Shown in pieces: positions 26,992 to 36,203 of a stretch of DNA of 64,000 nucleotides. Where the stretch lies: positions 208,438 through 272,437 of the IMG/VR virus record IMGVR_UViG_3300042889_001503; one strand, written 5' to 3'. Numbering within the stretch: position 1 is the stretch's first letter; each line of letters begins with the position of its first letter. Position numbers and translations under genes: made by a program. The notes under the pieces were generated by a model. The model saw only the letters and a list, made by a program, of their open reading frames with translations, ran no database searches and was not told the origin of the DNA.

Positions 26992-27483
26992 ATGAAAAAA
27001 ATTGTAAGATTAACTGAAGGAGAGTTAACAAATTTAATAAAAAGAATATTAAAGGAGGATTCGACAAAAAATAATTGTCATAAAGAATATACAAACCCTG
27101 AATCCAATACAGACCCATACATATATAGAATGGGTCCGGAATGTATTTGGCAAACTAAAAGTGATAAAACAAAAAAACAAATAGGTAAAGAAATACCTGA
27201 TTGGATTTCATTATATAAAAATGAAAAGGCAAACCAAAAACTTGATAAATGGTTCCCAAACGCTAAATCGGATTGTTCAAAATGTAAAAATGGTGGTATT
27301 AAAAAAACCCCACCATCTGATTTAATTAAGAAAAAAGTTGATTTAGTTAAGGGTAAAATTGGTGAAAATAAATGTCCTAAAACCATAAATTGTATGCCGT
27401 CACCTAATGGTAAACCTAACCCTTGTGATGATTTTTTTATTAGTTACTGTATCAAATCAGGTAAGACTTCGGCAACATATTAA
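26992..27483 (+). CDS. Leader-bearing Cys-rich hypothetical protein
   Basis: MKKIVRLTEGEL...ILKED; TATTTATA at 26970-26977. Confidence 0.7.
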   Translation: MKKIVRLTEGELTNLIKRILKEDSTKNNCHKEYTNPESNTDPYIYRMGPECIWQTKSDKTKKQIGKEIPDWISLYKNEKANQKLDKWFPNAKSDCSKCKNGGIKKTPPSDLIKKKVDLVKGKIGENKCPKTINCMPSPNGKPNPCDDFFISYCIKSGKTSATY

Positions 27484-27488
27484 TAATT

Positions 27489-27950
27489 ATGAAAAAGAAA
27501 ATTATAAAATTAACGGAATCAGATTTAAAAAACATTGTGATGAGAATTATCAATGAACAATTTGATATGGACTACTACGACATTATTTTGGATTTATATA
27601 ACGAGGTTGGTCTTGAGGGTATGACTGATGAAGAAATTGAATATTTGAAAAGTGGCGGTGAGAGTAATGTCCCTGAAAGATTTTTGGGTGGAGACTTGGA
27701 TATTGATTCTGAGGAATCTGAAGATTTTGGTGGACTTGATAGATTCAAGGAAATTATGGACGGATACAATCATAAGATTGTGGATACCGCTCCCGACGGT
27801 AAGTTGAGAGTTGTCTTTAGAGAAAACCCTGAGATATTGGAAAGACTTGATGGTGTGGTTCCGGAATCATTAATAGAAGTTAGACAAGGACATATAATCA
27901 TTCTTGTTCCTGAAAATTGGACGGATGATATTTTCGGAGAAGAAATATAA
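27489..27950 (+). CDS. Leader-bearing acidic hypothetical protein
   Basis: MKKKIIKLTESDL...IINEQ. Confidence 0.75.
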   Translation: MKKKIIKLTESDLKNIVMRIINEQFDMDYYDIILDLYNEVGLEGMTDEEIEYLKSGGESNVPERFLGGDLDIDSEESEDFGGLDRFKEIMDGYNHKIVDTAPDGKLRVVFRENPEILERLDGVVPESLIEVRQGHIIILVPENWTDDIFGEEI

Positions 27951-27954
27951 TTTA

Positions 27955-27982
27955 AGACCCCACCTTGACAGTGGGGTTTTTT
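27955..27982 (+). terminator. Intrinsic terminator
   Basis: GACCCCAC/GTGGGGTT plus T-run. Confidence 0.7.
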
Positions 27983-28012
27983 ATTTCTATCTTTAGACAA
28001 AACTTAAACATT

Positions 28013-28195
28013 ATGTCAAAACATTATCAGGTAGATTATTATTTAATCTATGAAGGAGGGGGTAAAGCATCTCAATCAACAACACTAATTATGGAATCAG
28101 ACTCTGATTCGGAAGCAATTAGAAAAATTAAAGGTAAGAATAATTTAACATCCAATGTTAAAGAAATTCAAATAATTAAAATAAAAAAATCTTAA
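28013..28195 (+). CDS. Hypothetical protein
   Basis: Probable start MSKHYQV; track start 27965. Confidence 0.6.
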   Translation: MSKHYQVDYYLIYEGGGKASQSTTLIMESDSDSEAIRKIKGKNNLTSNVKEIQIIKIKKS

Positions 28196-28199
28196 CATT

Positions 28200-28484
28200 A
28201 TGTCAGAACAAACACCAAAAACAATTGCAGTATTCGCTACAGAATATTATGAAACATCAATCACCAGAGAACCGGTAGAATTAACCCTTGCAGATTATCC
28301 TGAATTGGAAGGTATGTCACAGGACGAAGCTATTAACTATGTTGAATTAAATGCTTCGGATATGGCATCAACAAATCCTGATATGTATGAATCATTGGAG
28401 GAAGAATTAAATGATATGGATATTCGTAGAGACAAAATCACGAATGAAACCCAAGAAATTAACGCGGTAGCTGAAATGTTTTAA
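28200..28484 (+). CDS. Acidic hypothetical protein
   Basis: 94 aa ORF. Confidence 0.7.
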   Translation: MSEQTPKTIAVFATEYYETSITREPVELTLADYPELEGMSQDEAINYVELNASDMASTNPDMYESLEEELNDMDIRRDKITNETQEINAVAEMF

Positions 28485-28489
28485 GAATT

Positions 28490-28523
28490 AAACCCCAATT
28501 ATTTATTTAGTTGGGGTTTTTTT
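28490..28523 (+). terminator. Intrinsic terminator
   Basis: AAACCCCAA/TTGGGGTTT plus T-run. Confidence 0.75.
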
Positions 28524-28537
28524 ATTATCTTTGTCAA

Positions 28538-28798
28538 ATGAAAAAGTTGGTATTCAAATATTTTGACACATTTTGTTACGGGGAACTAATTCCGGATGAG
28601 GGTGACTCTAATTGGATGAAACCATTTATTGAGTATAATGCGTTTGGATATTCAATTAACGAAAACTATCTATTTTATAATGGAGGTTTGATGGACGATG
28701 TTATGGGGATGTTTAGTGTCGGTAAAGCTGACTTTAGAGAATATTTAATGGAGTGGTTTCAAAATAGATATAATTTACCGGTATCAAATGTTGTGTAA
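28538..28798 (+). CDS. Hypothetical protein (WF family, no leader)
   Basis: LMEWFQNRYNLPV; TATCTTTG at 28526-28533. Confidence 0.7.
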   Translation: MKKLVFKYFDTFCYGELIPDEGDSNWMKPFIEYNAFGYSINENYLFYNGGLMDDVMGMFSVGKADFREYLMEWFQNRYNLPVSNVV

Positions 28799-28815
28799 TA
28801 AATAAAAATAAAAAA

Positions 28816-29094
28816 ATGAATGAGTTAACAGTTGCTGTAACGTGGAGACGAAAAGATAAAACAAATTATTTTGATATTAAATTCCCAAAGGACCAAGAGT
28901 TATTATCGGTTAAGGAATCAATAATGATGTTGGCTGCCGGTATGTCTATGTTAATTAAAGCCGGACACAAACGAGGAGATTTTAAAGATTACGAAATGTT
29001 TGAACACGTAATTGATTATATGAAAAGTGAGTTTGTTTCTACAGAATCATTTGAAGACGCTACTATCCAACCAAACACAATTAAGAGTGAGTAA
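28816..29094 (+). CDS. Hypothetical protein
   Basis: 92 aa ORF. Confidence 0.65.
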   Translation: MNELTVAVTWRRKDKTNYFDIKFPKDQELLSVKESIMMLAAGMSMLIKAGHKRGDFKDYEMFEHVIDYMKSEFVSTESFEDATIQPNTIKSE

Positions 29095-29347
29095 TAAAAG
29101 AGAACAAAACATTTTTAAATTTTTAGATATTACCTATGGTAGTTGTATATTATTTGAAAACGATACGTGTTACTATATTGCCGGTGTTTGTATCTATTAC
29201 AAAAGTTCTAAACAAGTTGGGTGGACAGGTGTTACTCATTTAGATTTAGTTAGAACTTTTGGTGAAGGAAGATACTACCCCCAACTAAACAAATGGTTCT
29301 CTGAGAAATATAATTTAGAAGTTATTAAAACCCCCATCTTTAATTAG
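29027..29347 (+). CDS. Hypothetical protein (WF family, no leader)
   Basis: LNKWFSEKYNLEV; start may be GTG at 29087. Confidence 0.6.
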   Translation: MSLFLQNHLKTLLSNQTQLRVSNKREQNIFKFLDITYGSCILFENDTCYYIAGVCIYYKSSKQVGWTGVTHLDLVRTFGEGRYYPQLNKWFSEKYNLEVIKTPIFN

Positions 29348-29367
29348 ATTGGGGGATATTTATTTAT

Positions 29368-30495
29368 ATGAATATTAAGATAAGTAAAAATCAATACGAT
29401 AAATTAAAAAAGAAAATACAATTGACAATTGATTTCCCAAAAGAAATCGTTGTTAGGTTTGGAGGTTTTAAACCCGACGACTATTACCAACCAACATTTG
29501 TGTATCTTGATGAAATGCCTGAAGATGATATTCTTAAACTAAAAGAGTTAAAAGATAGAAACGAGGGTTTAACCGTTAAACTTAATAATATTTACACAAA
29601 AGAAGAATTTGATTTCCCGTTGGAAATTATAAATTTCACTAAATCACGAGGTAATCCATACATATTTAAATCAGAATACGAAAAGATTGAATCCGAACTT
29701 GAATCCCACGAACTTATATTAAGTGCTGATTTATTAAAAAAATCAATTTCAAAATTTCCTCAATTTATGTTGAATACGTTATATGACCTATATCCAAATA
29801 ATATTGGTAAAAATAGTTTCATTGATGGTGATGGTATTTGTAATAGTGAAGATGGGTTGATAGATATTCCAAACACAAATGTTCCCGGACAAACTTGGTC
29901 AATCCTTAATTATTTTGATACCAATCCAATGGTTATCAAAAAACTTATTGAATGGTTTATGCACGGGGTATTTAATAATAATGAGACACCAAAGATAGTT
30001 TCTAACGAGAAATTTAAGGAATGGATTAAAAATAATTCATCCTCATTGTTTAAAGATGGTGAATACTTGGAGGAACTCGTTAACATTAATCTTAAATCAT
30101 ATAAGTCAGGGGTAAAAACCGAAAATTCGGCAATTAAAAAATTAACTGAATCACCATTTAATATTGATGGAAAAAACATTAAACAATATTGTTCAGGTTC
30201 AAAACAAGATAGAGTTGATGGTAAAGATATTGAAATAACGACTACTGAAGGTGTTCGTTATGCTCAGATTAAACCATTATCGGGGTATAAGGTTAATGAA
30301 ATTACAATAGAAAATAAAATTACAAAAGAATATGAGGTTAACACTTATCAAATGAAAAACTATAAGAGTAAACCAATTCAATATCTTATTTTCTCAAACG
30401 CAAAAAATATTTTAATATTTGAAAATAATAATTACAAAATTATTGGTACCGGTTTAGTAGTGTTTAAAAATCCACCATTATCTAATTTAGATTAA
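29368..30495 (+). CDS. Hypothetical protein, possible C-terminal PD-(D/E)xK-like nuclease domain
   Basis: MNIKISKNQ leader variant; DRVDGKDI...YAQIKP; TATTTAT at 29357-29363. Confidence 0.45.
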   Translation: MNIKISKNQYDKLKKKIQLTIDFPKEIVVRFGGFKPDDYYQPTFVYLDEMPEDDILKLKELKDRNEGLTVKLNNIYTKEEFDFPLEIINFTKSRGNPYIFKSEYEKIESELESHELILSADLLKKSISKFPQFMLNTLYDLYPNNIGKNSFIDGDGICNSEDGLIDIPNTNVPGQTWSILNYFDTNPMVIKKLIEWFMHGVFNNNETPKIVSNEKFKEWIKNNSSSLFKDGEYLEELVNINLKSYKSGVKTENSAIKKLTESPFNIDGKNIKQYCSGSKQDRVDGKDIEITTTEGVRYAQIKPLSGYKVNEITIENKITKEYEVNTYQMKNYKSKPIQYLIFSNAKNILIFENNNYKIIGTGLVVFKNPPLSNLD

Positions 30496-30496
30496 T

Positions 30497-30817
30497 ATGA
30501 GGGTTATAATTACAGAAGATAAAAGGGAACGTCTTATTGATAATTTTTTATCTGAGGAATATGGTGGATTAATCCGATATGAACCTAAAAACAGACCTGA
30601 CCTTATTTTTTTTGTAAAAGACACGGGAAAAGACCCTATAAAAAGAGATATTGTATTATTTTACAATAAAGATGACCAATATGCTTTTATTAATTGGAAT
30701 ATTGTGGATAGTATTAGAATGTTCACCGGTGATGAATGGGACTCAGAACAATTTGTTAAAAGATGGTTAAAGAAAACTTACGGGATTGACCCGATTAAAT
30801 TATACAACAATTTTTAA
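30497..30817 (+). CDS. Leader-bearing hypothetical protein (WF family)
   Basis: MRVIITEDK; VKRWLKKTYGI. Confidence 0.75.
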   Translation: MRVIITEDKRERLIDNFLSEEYGGLIRYEPKNRPDLIFFVKDTGKDPIKRDIVLFYNKDDQYAFINWNIVDSIRMFTGDEWDSEQFVKRWLKKTYGIDPIKLYNNF

Positions 30818-30818
30818 T

Positions 30819-31634
30819 ATGAACAAAAGATTAAAATACTTATCTCTTATTAAGAAATTAATTTCTTGCGAAAGTCGTGAGCAATTATCCGACACTATTA
30901 AAGAAATTAATGAATTTAATAAAGAATATTCTATTACCTCAACGTCGGAAGAATTTAAAAAATTTGAAATTGCTATTGCAGTAATGAGAGTTAAATTAAA
31001 ACGTAAACACGATATTATAGAAAACCAATTGAGGGGTCAAAAACAAAATAACAAGACTAATATGAAAATAGTAATTACAGAAAGACAAGAAGATTTATTA
31101 TTCAGTTTACTAACCGAAGGGGAAAACAAACCAACCAACCCAAAGTTATGGGCACAATGTCTTGCTTGGGCAAGGTCAAGATATAAAGTATGTCCAAGTG
31201 CGTATTGTAATGGAGCTGCTGCCAAACGATATAAATCAAAAGGTGGTGGATGGAGAAAAAATAAAAAATCCACTAATGAGGCATCAAGTCCAACACAACA
31301 AGCGGCGATTGCCATCAATATGAAGAAGAAAGGGGTTGAACCAAAGAACGAAAATGTTAATGAAGATTTGAAAAGATGGTTTAAGGAGAAGTGGGTTGAT
31401 GTAAGCAAAAAAGTTGACGGGAAACATCCACCCTGTGGAAGAAAGGACGCTGATGGTAAGTCATATCCAAAATGTCGTCCATCAAAAAAGGTTTCATCTG
31501 AAACACCTAAGGTGGCTTCATCATATGATAAAGATGAGAAGAAAGCGATGACACAACAAAAACGAAGAGCTGAAAAGAAAGACCCAAAAGTGGGAACAGG
31601 AAATAAACCAACAATGACACATTACGAAAAATGA
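30819..31634 (+). CDS. Multi-domain basic protein with internal leader (DUF5872-like C-terminal domain)
   Basis: Internal MKIVITERQ at 31062; KVCPSAY, QQAAIAINMKK and LKRWFKEKWVD...CGR...YPKCRP modules. Confidence 0.65.
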   Translation: MNKRLKYLSLIKKLISCESREQLSDTIKEINEFNKEYSITSTSEEFKKFEIAIAVMRVKLKRKHDIIENQLRGQKQNNKTNMKIVITERQEDLLFSLLTEGENKPTNPKLWAQCLAWARSRYKVCPSAYCNGAAAKRYKSKGGGWRKNKKSTNEASSPTQQAAIAINMKKKGVEPKNENVNEDLKRWFKEKWVDVSKKVDGKHPPCGRKDADGKSYPKCRPSKKVSSETPKVASSYDKDEKKAMTQQKRRAEKKDPKVGTGNKPTMTHYEK

Positions 31635-32002
31635 AAATAGTGATTACAGAATCTCAATACAACAAACTATTCAACGACTTAGACGATAGTTTTTTTGGAA
31701 CCGTAGAAGAAACCAACTTTGTTGTTGGTGACTTACTGACTGAGGCGGAATATCAGGGACGCAAAGTTCAACTTGGTAAAATTATGCAAGGGGATGTTAA
31801 AAAATTCAAAGTGTATGTTAAGAACGACAAAGGAAATGTTGTTAAGGTTAACTTTGGTTTTGGTGGTAAATCGGCAAAAGGAAAACGAATGGTTATCAAA
31901 AAAAATAATCCGGCTAGAAGAAAATCTTTTAGAGCAAGAATGAATTGTGATAGTCCGGGACCAAGATGGAAAGCAAGATACTGGGCTTGTAGAACTTGGT
32001 AA
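31631..32002 (+). CDS. Leader-bearing basic phage protein (DUF6321-like)
   Basis: MKIVITESQ...LTEAEYQGRKV...KVNFG...RRKSFRARMNC...ARYWAC. Confidence 0.65.
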   Translation: MKIVITESQYNKLFNDLDDSFFGTVEETNFVVGDLLTEAEYQGRKVQLGKIMQGDVKKFKVYVKNDKGNVVKVNFGFGGKSAKGKRMVIKKNNPARRKSFRARMNCDSPGPRWKARYWACRTW

Positions 32003-32003
32003 T

Positions 32004-32375
32004 ATGGATGTAAAAATTAAATACGATAAATTGTTTTCCACGTTTGAAAAAATGATGGAAGAGTATTCCAATTTGGACCACACCGAAAAATCTTACGATT
32101 CTTGGATTCAGGAAAAGGGTGGTTATATTGATTTGGATGTTATAAATTTTTATCGCGATATTGAAGAAGATTATGAAGATGATGATTGGGTTATGCAATA
32201 TCAAGATAGTTCAGGTGATGAAGGAAGAGATGAAGATTTACCAATATTAAGATATGGTGATGGTTATTCATTTAAATCTGAACAGTCAATGTTTGGGCAT
32301 CACTTTGATGAGTTATTAAAAGATTGGTTTGAAAAAGTATACGGGTATAATGTTAAAACAATTGAAAGGATATAA
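32004..32375 (+). CDS. Hypothetical protein (WF family)
   Basis: MDVKIK; LKDWFEKVYGYNV; track start 31947. Confidence 0.7.
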   Translation: MDVKIKYDKLFSTFEKMMEEYSNLDHTEKSYDSWIQEKGGYIDLDVINFYRDIEEDYEDDDWVMQYQDSSGDEGRDEDLPILRYGDGYSFKSEQSMFGHHFDELLKDWFEKVYGYNVKTIERI

Positions 32376-32767
32376 TGAATATAGAAGATGAAATAGTTCC
32401 CAAAATGATTACCAAGTATATGAATACTTTTGGTAATAAAAAAATAAATGAAATGACTTGTTCCGACACAAAGTATAACTTCAGTGTTCATATTGTTAAT
32501 TTGTATAAAGGTGAGGAACGTTGGAAGTTTGATGATAGTTGGAGAAATACATACGACTATGTTCTTGTTATTGATTCTGAGATTCCGGTCCCTAATAATA
32601 TCTGTGATGAGTATAAAGAAAAACATTTTAAGGATGAAAGAGCTTTAAAATACCCGTTATTGTGGGCGTTTGACACTGAAATGATAGATGATTTAAAATA
32701 TATGGGGGTTGATTTAACCTCTTGGTCATTTGGTAAAGCGGGGTTACATTTTAAAAATAGAGAATAG
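32375..32767 (+). CDS. Hypothetical protein
   Basis: 130 aa ORF. Confidence 0.65.
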   Translation: MNIEDEIVPKMITKYMNTFGNKKINEMTCSDTKYNFSVHIVNLYKGEERWKFDDSWRNTYDYVLVIDSEIPVPNNICDEYKEKHFKDERALKYPLLWAFDTEMIDDLKYMGVDLTSWSFGKAGLHFKNRE

Positions 32768-32792
32768 TGATACTTATTAGTAAATCATTATT

Positions 32793-32909
32793 ATGTCAAA
32801 ATCAAAAAAAATAGGGAAACCTAAAAAAAACAGAGTAAATGTTGTTAAGAAATTAAAGATAATGAATAAAAACAACGAAATCCTTTCAAGATTAAAATCT
32901 GAATTGTAA
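32793..32909 (+). CDS. Small basic protein
   Basis: Manual ORF of 38 aa MSKSKKIGKPKKNRVNVVKK. Confidence 0.5.
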   Translation: MSKSKKIGKPKKNRVNVVKKLKIMNKNNEILSRLKSEL

Positions 32910-32913
32910 AATT

Positions 32914-32941
32914 AACCCCATCCTAAACGGTGGGGTTTTTT
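32914..32941. terminator. Terminator between convergent genes
   Basis: AACCCCA/TGGGGTT plus T-run. Confidence 0.75.
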
Positions 32942-33645
32942 AATTTATCTTCCATCATCGAATATACCTTCTCCTTTAATTTTTTGGTGTCCTTAATTGT
33001 TAACCCGTCAACACTAACCTCATCTAAAAATACAACACGATTTATTCCCGGAGTTAACCCAAACAAACTTGAATGATGAAGACGTTTATCTGTGTCCAAC
33101 AATAACATTGGTTTAATAGGTGTTTGAGTTTCAATAGCAATTCTAAATGCTCCGTCAAAGAAATCACATAACGTATCATCCGTATCATTAAACTTACCTT
33201 CCGGAAATAAAAATATTGAAATCCCTTTTGAAATTTCTGATTTTAATTTTCTGATACTCTCAACACGACTACTTGACTCAGTCCGTTTAATTGTTATTAC
33301 ACAGGTTTTCCAAATGTAACCCAACAAAGGTATTGATGATGTTTCGTGTTGACCCAAAACTCTAAAAGGTTGATTGATACTCAACGCAATTGATGGTGCG
33401 TCCATATAGGATTTATGGTTTGAGATAAAAACATATTGTTTATTCTTATCGTGAGGTTTGTCGTAAATTATTTTGTGACGAATACCAATTAAGAAGAACC
33501 AAGATTTTGCCCACAGGTTAACCACCCGGTAATTCATATTGGTCCCTTTCATACCAAAAAATGAAAATACAAATATGATTGGTGATATCAATAACATTAT
33601 TAAGACAAATGTTATTAACGAATAAATTGTAAATATTTTTTTCAT
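32923..33645 (-). CDS. plsC: 1-acyl-sn-glycerol-3-phosphate acyltransferase (LPLAT)
   Basis: SNHKSYMD (HxxxxD), FPEG, N-terminal TM; probable start MKKIF. Confidence 0.85.
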   Translation of the reverse strand: MKKIFTIYSLITFVLIMLLISPIIFVFSFFGMKGTNMNYRVVNLWAKSWFFLIGIRHKIIYDKPHDKNKQYVFISNHKSYMDAPSIALSINQPFRVLGQHETSSIPLLGYIWKTCVITIKRTESSSRVESIRKLKSEISKGISIFLFPEGKFNDTDDTLCDFFDGAFRIAIETQTPIKPMLLLDTDKRLHHSSLFGLTPGINRVVFLDEVSVDGLTIKDTKKLKEKVYSMMEDKLKNPTV

Positions 33646-33646
33646 A

Positions 33647-35080
33647 TCAAATTTGTTTTCCATATTCAATAACGGTTTCAGTTTTTTCTTCTTGACGGTG
33701 ACCGCCAACATAAGTTCCACATACTTTATTACCATTATCAATCACGTCCTCAATTTGAGTCTCCCATCTAATATATAGAAGACTTGTTGATGGGTCGGTA
33801 TAATTTCCTGACATAGTTTTTTTTACACCGTTTTTAATCACACCATTAATTCTTCCTTTGTGGTGATATACATCTTCATAGGTTTCTTTAACACCTTCAC
33901 TAATAACGTCCTTTATTAAATCTGTTGGGACATCCCAATCACATTCAATGGTGTCCGTAATACCTTTGTTAATAATCTTATCAATTATGTTTTCACCAAC
34001 ATATTGACGTGGGGTGGAACTTCTCACACCATCTCTAACGACAAGATGTGATTCTAAAATAAGTTCTCTACCGCTAGTATCTAAAATCAGAAGAGCATTC
34101 TTTTTTTGTTTTGTTTCTTTTACACCATTTTTAAGTGCGTCTTCCATTTTATTATCAAAAAATTTCATCACATCAACGTGACTAGTTTCTTTAACACCAA
34201 TATCAATCACTTTATAAGCATCAACCCTAAGTTTTGACATATGATATTTAGTTTCCTTCACACCCTTATCAATTACTTCTTCACATAAAAATTGGAATTT
34301 ATCTCCCGATTTGGTTTCTTTCACACCTTCTTTAATGACACCATTAATCCAACTTTGATTTTCGTACTCACTATATTGAGTGTCTCTCACACCATTTTGA
34401 ATAACATCTTTAACGTCACCTCTAAATCCTTTATACTCGTAAATTTCTTTCACCCCATTTTGAATGATGTCGTTAATATCTCCAAGTTTTTTATCTGAAC
34501 TTCCGTTATCGGTATCTTTAACAAGGAATGGTCGATGGAAATGGAGGGGGTCAGTTTTCTTCACACCATTTTCAAGAGTACCCTCAACTGATAAGGTTCT
34601 TTTATCGCCCCAATAATCGGTGTTCTTCACCCCATTTTGAATGATATCGTCAACCCCAAGAAGAGTACGTCGTAATGTGCTATTAGTTTCTTTCACCCCA
34701 TTCTCAATGGTATCGTCAACGGACCAACACGTTTTCATATGAGCCATCTTAGTTTTATTTACACCATTTTCAAGAGTATCTTCAAATTGTTGTTTTCTAT
34801 CCCGGGCATCTCTAAAGAGTGTAACATAAGTTAACTCTTTATTTATAATATTGTCTTCCACCCATTTTGTGATGAGGTGTTGATTCTGAACGCAATCCAA
34901 CGAAGCGTAAGCAAAAACACTTTTAAAAAAGTTGTAATTATACCACAGAGTTTTATTCTCAGTTAATTCAATCACCCATTGTTTAGTCTCAGTAAAGATT
35001 AACCAAGTGGAATCATTGTGGGTGTAGGTATCCACACCTTCGGTAAATTCGTTGATTAGTTTATGTATAATTTTTTCCAT
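33647..35080 (-). CDS. Tandem-repeat protein, about 15-16 repeats of roughly 22 aa
   Basis: Recurring D(I/V)IxNGVK(E/K)T scaffold with variable linkers; N-terminal WF-like domain; TATCTTTG on minus strand at 35085-35092. Confidence 0.85.
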   Translation of the reverse strand: MEKIIHKLINEFTEGVDTYTHNDSTWLIFTETKQWVIELTENKTLWYNYNFFKSVFAYASLDCVQNQHLITKWVEDNIINKELTYVTLFRDARDRKQQFEDTLENGVNKTKMAHMKTCWSVDDTIENGVKETNSTLRRTLLGVDDIIQNGVKNTDYWGDKRTLSVEGTLENGVKKTDPLHFHRPFLVKDTDNGSSDKKLGDINDIIQNGVKEIYEYKGFRGDVKDVIQNGVRDTQYSEYENQSWINGVIKEGVKETKSGDKFQFLCEEVIDKGVKETKYHMSKLRVDAYKVIDIGVKETSHVDVMKFFDNKMEDALKNGVKETKQKKNALLILDTSGRELILESHLVVRDGVRSSTPRQYVGENIIDKIINKGITDTIECDWDVPTDLIKDVISEGVKETYEDVYHHKGRINGVIKNGVKKTMSGNYTDPSTSLLYIRWETQIEDVIDNGNKVCGTYVGGHRQEEKTETVIEYGKQI

Positions 35081-35136
35081 ACAACAAAGATACTAAAACT
35101 ATTTCTTATTATCTAATAATAATTTATATTTTTACA

Positions 35137-35433
35137 ATGAAGAAGTTGATTATTATCAGAAAAGTGTTTAAGGAATTATATCCTGAGTTAAAGGTGCTTG
35201 TCCGGTATAACCAAAAAAAGTATTTTGAAATCATTCTCAAAAATGTTAAAGGGTCTTATGTAGACGACACTTCATTTAAATATATGCTCACCATCCCGGG
35301 TTCTGAAAATATTGTAATTGAAGATTTTGTTAATTCTTTATTTGGGTATTGTTCCATTCTCAATGAGGATAATTGTATAATAAAGTATTTGGATAAAAAA
35401 GGTTCCCGAACAATCACTAAAATATTACAATAG
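35137..35433 (+). CDS. Hypothetical protein
   Basis: 98 aa ORF. Confidence 0.6.
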   Translation: MKKLIIIRKVFKELYPELKVLVRYNQKKYFEIILKNVKGSYVDDTSFKYMLTIPGSENIVIEDFVNSLFGYCSILNEDNCIIKYLDKKGSRTITKILQ

Positions 35434-35444
35434 ATTATTGATAG

Positions 35445-35651
35445 ATGAATAAATTTTATCTATACTTACCTATGGAAGAATCTAAAATAACAAGAACTAT
35501 TAAGTTCGTAGACAAAAAATGTGTTATGAAACCAATGGATGGAGAAACCGGTTTAACTGAAACTTGGAACACCCACCCAACCGTTGACAATCCAAGAGAT
35601 GTTTTTTTTAAACAAGAAGGAACCACATATTATTTAGTTTCATCTAAATAA
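35445..35651 (+). CDS. Hypothetical protein
   Basis: 68 aa ORF followed by terminator 35656-35681. Confidence 0.6.
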   Translation: MNKFYLYLPMEESKITRTIKFVDKKCVMKPMDGETGLTETWNTHPTVDNPRDVFFKQEGTTYYLVSSK

Positions 35652-35695
35652 TTCTAACCTCCGGTTAAACGGGGGTTTTTTAATTTAATGAAAAT

Positions 35696-36190
35696 ATGAA
35701 ATTTATTATTTGTTTATTGTTTTGTTTGGTTGGGTATTCACAGATTCCCAATAACATTATTATCGGAGATTCCCAAACTCCATACGTTGATAGAAACTCA
35801 AAAAAAGTAGAGAGGGTGGTTGGACTATGGAAAGGTGGGATTGCTGTCCCATACCTTACAAAAATGGTTCAGAGATATAAAGTTTCACCCAATGTCCAAA
35901 ATGTTTTTTTGTGTATTGGAACCAACGACTTATATGTGGATAAAGGAATTGATAAATTATTTAAGTCAATACGGATTACATTTCCAAATACCAAGATTTA
36001 TGTTATTCAGGGTTCTTGGGGTTGGGGTGGTGTTACTCACACCAAGTATGATAAGATTAAAAAATATTATAAACGATATCAAGAATTGGGTGGAACAATA
36101 ATTGGACCACCAATTGGTAAAGGTGACCCCCATTGTGATTGTCCTGTATATAAAGAAATCGGAAAAGTTATTGATAATATCTTGTTGTGA
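35696..36190 (+). CDS. SGNH/GDSL-like hydrolase with signal peptide
   Basis: IIGDSQ, IGTND, DPH; signal MKFIICLLFCLVGYSQ. Confidence 0.65.
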   Translation: MKFIICLLFCLVGYSQIPNNIIIGDSQTPYVDRNSKKVERVVGLWKGGIAVPYLTKMVQRYKVSPNVQNVFLCIGTNDLYVDKGIDKLFKSIRITFPNTKIYVIQGSWGWGGVTHTKYDKIKKYYKRYQELGGTIIGPPIGKGDPHCDCPVYKEIGKVIDNILL

Positions 36191-36203
36191 GATATTTATT
36201 GAT

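Noticed and set aside
33680-34790. CRISPR-like array (period about 66 nt, conserved core plus variable spacer)
   Set aside because: Cores vary at synonymous positions, spacing stays in frame and the whole region is one open 477-aa ORF; no cas genes in the window. Reported as a repeat protein instead.
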